Positions 58,955 through 64,000 of a DNA stretch of 64,000 nucleotides are shown in pieces; position 1 is the stretch's first letter, and each line of letters opens with the position of its first letter. The stretch lies in assembly GCA_963836285.1 (NCBI GenBank), contig CAWIIN010000002.1:1650386-1714385 (forward strand), written 5' to 3'. The translations under genes and the position numbers were made by a program. The stretch is from an uncultured Acidobacteriota bacterium. GTDB lineage: Bacteria; Acidobacteriota; Thermoanaerobaculia; UBA5066. The notes beneath the pieces are model-generated. The model searched no databases. It saw nothing but the letters and a program-made list of their open reading frames with translations, and was not told the DNA's origin.

Positions 58955-59406
58955 GGCTGGACGATCGAGAATTCCCGGTCGCGGACCTGGACGTGGATCT
59001 TCTTTCCTTTCCACTGATTCCGGTTGAGGACGACGAGGTACCGGCCGGGGTCCGCGCTCTGGAAACGGTAGTCCGCGACGATGACGAGGAACTTGTCGTC
59101 CTTCGTGGCGGGAACGGTCAGCTCCTTGTCGCAGCGGCCTTCTCCCTGCTGGAACGTGGCCGTGCGCGTCCGATCCCTGAGGGAGTCGCGAAGCGGGTCG
59201 TAGAACCACTTTTCGCTGAGGGCGCGGATCCTCTCGACCTCGGGCTCGGTCGCGCGGACGACGTCGACGGTGAGGAGCGTGCCGCCGTTGATCTCCGGAG
59301 CGCACCGGAAGTCGACCGTCGCCACCGCGGGCCCGCAACCGCCGGCGAAGGCGGCCCCGGCGGCGGCGAGGACGAAAGCCGCGATCCGGCCGGCGTTCGA
59401 GACGAC
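58951..59406 (-). CDS. tssJ: Type VI secretion lipoprotein TssJ
   Basis: Signal peptide with lipobox (AAFVLAAAGAAFAGGCG), about 150 aa. The start codon is approximate. Confidence 0.65.
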   Translation of the reverse strand, partial: VVSNAGRIAAFVLAAAGAAFAGGCGPAVATVDFRCAPEINGGTLLTVDVVRATEPEVERIRALSEKWFYDPLRDSLRDRTRTATFQQGEGRCDKELTVPATKDDKFLVIVADYRFQSADPGRYLVVLNRNQWKGKKIHVQVRDREFSIVQP

Positions 59407-59420
59407 GGCCGCCCTCGCGC

Positions 59421-61295
59421 CTACTTCTTCCTGTTGAGCTTCTGGTACTCGGCCTGCGAAACGTGCGCGGCCGCCTGCAGAACCTGATCCTGCACGAGAT
59501 CCGGGTTCAAATCCTTCACGAGGTCGCGATACTGATTCCACCATTCCGCCGTCTCCCCGCGGAGCTTCCACCCCGCTCCCGGTTTGCCCGCCTCGATGAC
59601 AGACGGGCTGATTCTCTTCCAGAGCCTGTTGAACCACAACCTCGGCGCCTCGTGATGTCCGGCCGAGATGGCGACTTGCCAGCGTCTGAGCTCGGCGAGG
59701 TAGTCCCTCACGTCGTCCGGGTTCACGTCCTTGCCCTCGGCGGCCGCGGCGAGGAAGCCGCTCAGCCGGTCGCGGAAGTTCGGCAGGCGGAAGTTCGCGG
59801 TCTCGGCGCCCGGCATCGTCATCGCCTCCACGAGACCGAGCGTGAACGTCTCGACGTCCTGGGCGAAGCGCAGGACGTCACGAAGAACCGCGAGCCGCGG
59901 CTCGAGGTCCAGGCCCTTGTCGTCCCCCGGGGTCAGCAGGGCCCGCCACGGCACGGCCGGCGCCGCCGCGGATTTGGGCGCGGCGGCCGCCGGCCGCGAA
60001 GTCGCCTCGGCGAGTCTTCGCTCCAGATCGGCCACGCGCCTGCGAAGACGGTTCTCCTCGACGTTCGGGACGTCGCCCGGCACGGCGACCGGGAACTGGA
60101 GGCGGAGCTGCTCGAGGACGTGCGGCCTCTTGTCCGGCGCGAGGCGGTGGAGCTCGCGCACGACGAGCGACTTGAGAGCCTGGCGGCGGTCGGCGGGCGT
60201 CGAGAAGCGGTAAGCGGAGCTCTCGCGAAGCAGGTCGTCCGCGAGTTCGCGCGCCTTCCGGTCGAGCGCGACTTCGTCCTCCGTTCGACGGGCCGGAGCG
60301 GCCGCGGCCGGTCTCGCCGGGGGCTCGTGCGCCGGAGAGCGCCGGGCCGGCTCCGGACGGCGCCCGGAACCCGCCTTCGGGAGAGCGCCGGACGAGGACG
60401 GAGCGGCTGAGCCGGTGCGGGGGGCGACGGGCGGCGGCGCGTGGCGCGGCGTCTCGTCGCCGGTCGCGAACTCGGGAAGACGCCGGGCGAGCCAGGCGCC
60501 GACGGCGCTCTCCTCGTCGCGCCTGAGCAGCTTCAGGAGCTCGAGGCGGAGCGTCGTCTCGAGGTCCATCGCCGAGGACTCGACCGTCTGGCGCTGACAC
60601 TCTTCGAGGAGGAAGCCGACCTTCGGCGAGAGGATCAGCTCGTCGGAGCCGGTCTTCAGCCCGAGCGGCTGCAGGAAGAGGTCGTTGAGCCACTCGTACG
60701 GGCCCGTGAAGAGCCGCCCCTCCCAGAGCTCCGCGAGCGCCTGCTCCCGCGACCAGTTCGCGTCGCGCAGGATCCGCTGGATGCTCGCGCTTCGGGAGCG
60801 GAGGAGCGCGTCGCAGAGGTGTCGTGTGTCCGTGAAGAGCTCGCCGCGCTGCGTTGCCGCCTCGCGGGCTCCGCGCACGATGCTCTGGACGGCCGGCACG
60901 GTCCACGCCTCTCCACGGAGGACCCGCGGAAACGGCATCTCCGGGAGGGCGGCGTCGACGAAGCGGACGCGGACCGGGGTCGAGGAAACGAGGAACACGT
61001 CTCCCGACTGGATCTCGACCTCGCCGCTGACCTGCCCGGCGCGGGTGGACGTTCCGTTCGTGCTCGCGTTGTCCTTGAGGAAAAGCCGCCCGCGTTCGAC
61101 GCGGACCTCGGCGTGGGCCGACGAGACGCCGTAGCCGTACGACAGGACGAACTCGTTGTGCGTGCTCGTCTTCTTGTCCAGCGAGACGCGGCCGATGTGG
61201 ATCGTCGCGGGCGCGGCCCCGGCCTGGGTCACGTGGCGCAGGCCTTCCATCGGCCCGAGCCAGACCTCCACGGCGACGAGAGACGGCCGGCTCAC
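59421..61295 (-). CDS. fha: FHA-domain T6SS-associated protein (Fha/TagH-like)
   Basis: GTG start 61295 overlaps the upstream gene stop (GTGA), with GAGGAGGAG RBS. N-terminal FHA (VRVERGRLFLKDNASTNGT). Long helical C-terminus. Confidence 0.8.
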   Translation of the reverse strand: MSRPSLVAVEVWLGPMEGLRHVTQAGAAPATIHIGRVSLDKKTSTHNEFVLSYGYGVSSAHAEVRVERGRLFLKDNASTNGTSTRAGQVSGEVEIQSGDVFLVSSTPVRVRFVDAALPEMPFPRVLRGEAWTVPAVQSIVRGAREAATQRGELFTDTRHLCDALLRSRSASIQRILRDANWSREQALAELWEGRLFTGPYEWLNDLFLQPLGLKTGSDELILSPKVGFLLEECQRQTVESSAMDLETTLRLELLKLLRRDEESAVGAWLARRLPEFATGDETPRHAPPPVAPRTGSAAPSSSGALPKAGSGRRPEPARRSPAHEPPARPAAAAPARRTEDEVALDRKARELADDLLRESSAYRFSTPADRRQALKSLVVRELHRLAPDKRPHVLEQLRLQFPVAVPGDVPNVEENRLRRRVADLERRLAEATSRPAAAAPKSAAAPAVPWRALLTPGDDKGLDLEPRLAVLRDVLRFAQDVETFTLGLVEAMTMPGAETANFRLPNFRDRLSGFLAAAAEGKDVNPDDVRDYLAELRRWQVAISAGHHEAPRLWFNRLWKRISPSVIEAGKPGAGWKLRGETAEWWNQYRDLVKDLNPDLVQDQVLQAAAHVSQAEYQKLNRKK

Positions 61296-63418
61296 CTCCG
61301 TCCCCCCTCCTCCTCGCCGATCTCGGCGAGGACCTGCTGGATCTCGACGTGGACCGGTTGACGCTCGAAGAGGAGCGCCTGCAGCTCGGAAATGATCCGC
61401 ACGGTCTCGGGCAGGATCCTCTCGAGCTTCTCCTCGCGGAAGAGCGCGTCGAAGTCCGCCGGGCCGTTCGCGACGGAGAATCCCGTGACACGGGTGACGA
61501 GCCTCACGCCGAGGAGGATCGCCCGATCCCAGAGCGCGTCCGGGAGGGCGTTCGGCCGGTTCGCGCGGCGGTCGTCGCGTCCCCAGAAAACCTGTGTCTT
61601 CGAGAAGACGGGTGCCGCCTCCGGCGCGCGCTTGAGGAGCGCGGCGAGCGTGACCTCGCGCGTCGTCTCCGGCGACCAGACCGCGAGCTCGCGCTCGAGC
61701 CGCGCGGTGGCTTTGAGGACGGCGGCGAGGTCCTGCTCGTCGTTCGCGAGCAGGAGGCGAAGAAGCGAAACGCCGAGCGCGTGCAGGTCGGTCGGGGCGC
61801 CGAAGTCCGGGAAGACGCGGTAACGCGTGCCGGGCAGCTTCGTGCCGATCGCGAGACGCAGGCGCTGGACGCCGCTCTCCTCGAGCTCGAGGAGGTCGCT
61901 CGCGAAGAGCGTCTCGTCCGAGCGGATGCTGCCGGGCGTCGCCCGCACGGCCACGCCCGTGAAGCCGAAGCCGAGGGTCGGGTCCGGAATCGAAAGCAAG
62001 ATCGTGTCGCGCGCCTGCGGGGCGGGGTAGAGGCCGTAGGCGTCGGACAGGCGGCCCCGCAGCCGGAACCGCCTCGCCGCGGTCCCCTCCTCGTCGACGT
62101 CCGTGAAGACGAATTCCCCGGGCCTGTAACCGGCGAGGCGGAATTCCTGGACCTCGGGGGCCGCGTAGGGGACGGTGAGGCCCCGCCCGGGCAGCACGAC
62201 CGTGGGTGAGCCCGGGGCGGGGAGCGCGACGGCGGCGGCCGCGAGCCCGTGGATCTGGACCTGAAACGTCCAGAACACCGGCAGCCCGTCGCCCGCCCCC
62301 GAGAGAGCGAAGAGGAGATGGCGCGGGTGGAGGTCGAGGTGCGGCCGGCCCGTGGCGCGCGTGTAGTCGATGAGCCCCTCGAGAATCTGTCTGAAGGCCG
62401 TCAGCTTCAGAAGGAGGACCTCCGCGGCGTCGAGTCCCGAGCTCTCGGACGGAAGGAGCAGCCGGCGCGTCGTCGCCGGGGATCGGACGAGCCACGCCCA
62501 TCGAGGGGGGAACCCGCCGCCCGATTTCGGGCCGGGAACGCCGAGCTCCTCCCAGGGCCTTCCGCCGAGGGCGTCTCCGAGCGCTTCGAGATCGAACGGC
62601 GCCGCGACGGTGAGCAGGAACGGAGAGCCGTAGAACGTCAGGGACGAGAACAGGTCGGGGTCGCCGCCGCGTCCGGCAGCCGGACCCGACCGAACGGCCT
62701 TCGCGGTCTCGGCGCCCACGAGGGACGCGGCCTCCTGCTCGGTCCAGGTTTCGCGAATCGCGCGCGCGAGGTCCTCGAAGAGGTCGGTGGCGGAGCGAAC
62801 GGTTGCCCGCGGCGCCGTGATCCGCGACGTCGTGTACACGACGGGCGTGCCTCCCTCGCGGCCGCAGCCGTCACACCAGAGGAAGCGTTCGGGCGTCGAC
62901 TCGTAGGACGGGAGCCCCGCCGACGCGAGCCACGTCTCGTCGCGGCAGAGCGTGAGCGGCGCCTTGCAGCGTGGGCAGGGCGGGACGAAGAACGAGCGCG
63001 ACGGAATGGAGTAGAGGAGCGGCGGGAGGCGGCGGGCGTCGTCTCCTGCGTTGGCGTCGATACGGATCTGCCGCGGGAAGTGCGGCGAGGAAACGGGCAG
63101 ATCGGCGAGACGCGCGTTCTCTCGCTCCCACCGTTCTTCGAGGTCGCGATTCGTCACGCCGAGGGAGGCGGGGGGTGCCCCTTCCGGCCACGCGTCCGGC
63201 AGCAGCTTCAGAGCGCAGAGCTCGACGAGAGTCCCTTCGTCCCCTTTCACCGCGGCCAGATAGACGCGCGCGAAGTCGTCGGCCGCGGAGAGCCTCACCC
63301 AGGGGATGCGCGCGGCGTCCGGGCCCTCGTCCTCGAGGAGGAGGTGGAGCCCGAAGGGGGCGTGCGCCGCGGCGAGAGGCAGGAGTTGCACGGTCGCGGT
63401 CCCTCGGGGCGCTTGCAC
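61292..63418 (-). CDS. Zinc-ribbon-containing kinase-like protein (probable pseudokinase)
   Basis: 708 aa. CPRCKAPLTLC...CDGCG zinc ribbon. Kinase-like HLDLHPRHLLF (where HRDLKPxN would be) and PYAAPEV (APE motif). No glycine loop or DFG was recognised. Confidence 0.55.
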   Translation of the reverse strand: MQAPRGTATVQLLPLAAAHAPFGLHLLLEDEGPDAARIPWVRLSAADDFARVYLAAVKGDEGTLVELCALKLLPDAWPEGAPPASLGVTNRDLEERWERENARLADLPVSSPHFPRQIRIDANAGDDARRLPPLLYSIPSRSFFVPPCPRCKAPLTLCRDETWLASAGLPSYESTPERFLWCDGCGREGGTPVVYTTSRITAPRATVRSATDLFEDLARAIRETWTEQEAASLVGAETAKAVRSGPAAGRGGDPDLFSSLTFYGSPFLLTVAAPFDLEALGDALGGRPWEELGVPGPKSGGGFPPRWAWLVRSPATTRRLLLPSESSGLDAAEVLLLKLTAFRQILEGLIDYTRATGRPHLDLHPRHLLFALSGAGDGLPVFWTFQVQIHGLAAAAVALPAPGSPTVVLPGRGLTVPYAAPEVQEFRLAGYRPGEFVFTDVDEEGTAARRFRLRGRLSDAYGLYPAPQARDTILLSIPDPTLGFGFTGVAVRATPGSIRSDETLFASDLLELEESGVQRLRLAIGTKLPGTRYRVFPDFGAPTDLHALGVSLLRLLLANDEQDLAAVLKATARLERELAVWSPETTREVTLAALLKRAPEAAPVFSKTQVFWGRDDRRANRPNALPDALWDRAILLGVRLVTRVTGFSVANGPADFDALFREEKLERILPETVRIISELQALLFERQPVHVEIQQVLAEIGEEEGGRR

Positions 63419-63482
63419 TATTCAAGATGATCGGATTCCACCGGGGCAACGTCAAGAAGGCGGCCCGGCAGCCGCGCGCCGC

Positions 63483-63860
63483 TCAGGACCGGAAGACGAG
63501 CCGCTGCTTGCCGAGCAGGAGGACGTCTCCGTCCTCGAGCCGGTGGTTCTCGACGAGCCGGCCGTTCAGAGACACTCCGTTTTCCGAGCCGAGGTCGGCG
63601 ATGAAGCATCCGTCGGGTCCGACGGTGACCTGTGCGTGCCGCCGGGACACGTCCGGCGAGGGGAGCTGGATGTCGCTCTGGGCGAGCCGGCCGATCAGCG
63701 AGATGCCGGGCTTCAGGATGAATTCCTTCACGGGTTCGTCGCCCTGGAGAAGGGAGAGCCGGGCGCGGTGGAGGACGATCGTCCCGCTCTGCGGCGCCGC
63801 GTCCATCGCCTGACCGCGGGGAGCCTCCTGGGCGGACGCGAGCCGGCCCGCCTGTGGCAA
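63483..63860 (-). CDS. Small FHA-domain protein
   Basis: 125 aa, FHA signature (GRLAQSDIQLPSPDVSRRHAQV...NGVSLNGRLV...GDVLLLG). Confidence 0.6.
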   Translation of the reverse strand: MPQAGRLASAQEAPRGQAMDAAPQSGTIVLHRARLSLLQGDEPVKEFILKPGISLIGRLAQSDIQLPSPDVSRRHAQVTVGPDGCFIADLGSENGVSLNGRLVENHRLEDGDVLLLGKQRLVFRS

Positions 63861-64000
63861 CGGCCGCGGGGCCGTGATGGCCGTGCCATCGGGCGTGAGC
63901 GCGTCGCCGGCCGCATTCCACGACTCGGGGGGGGTGACACGCGCGGGCGGCGGCGCCGGCGGGAGCGGCGCCGGCGGTGGGGGCGGCGGGGGCGCCGGAG

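Overview
High-GC (~70%) bacterial chromosomal segment, composition suggesting a delta-proteobacterial or acidobacterial-like genome. It has three blocks.

1. 1-13000, housekeeping and accessory genes:
- a retropepsin-like aspartyl protease (5' partial), pcm, and a frameshifted PAP2 phosphatase;
- a crcB-DUF190 fluoride-export pair on the minus strand, divergent from a textbook fluoride riboswitch that sits on the plus strand in front of a dynamin-like GTPase;
- a selenocysteine-containing formate dehydrogenase-N operon fdnG(Sec)HI-fdhE;
- aguB/aguA, the agmatine deiminase pathway.

2. 13000-20000, a Ser/Thr phosphorylation module: two Hanks kinases flanking a coiled-coil membrane protein, a PP2C phosphatase, an FHA protein and a pseudokinase.

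3. 26850-63900, an essentially complete type VI secretion system, mostly on the minus strand:
- tssA, tssB, tssC, tssE, tssF, tssG, clpV, two hcp, tagF, tssM, tssL, tssK, tssJ, fha, tagJ;
- an effector island containing an intact 'evolved' VgrG with a C-terminal HExxH domain, a PAAR protein, a frameshifted VgrG paralog, DUF2169, an inactive ketosynthase-like protein, a DUF4150 PAAR-like protein, an AHH nuclease toxin and its immunity gene;
- another FHA protein and a zinc-ribbon kinase-like protein at the 3' end.

The most unusual element lies between blocks 2 and 3, at 20000-28100. It is an orphan single-polypeptide TssB-TssC fusion (a sheath-like protein) embedded among uncharacterised genes: a CxxCxxCC protein, two tandem paralogs, a methyltransferase with a regulatory domain, a 301-aa unknown and a HEAT-repeat protein. 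This is a candidate undescribed contractile or regulatory module.

No rRNA, tRNA or CRISPR arrays were seen. Many long Arg-rich reverse-strand ORFs in the six-frame track are high-GC shadows and were not called.
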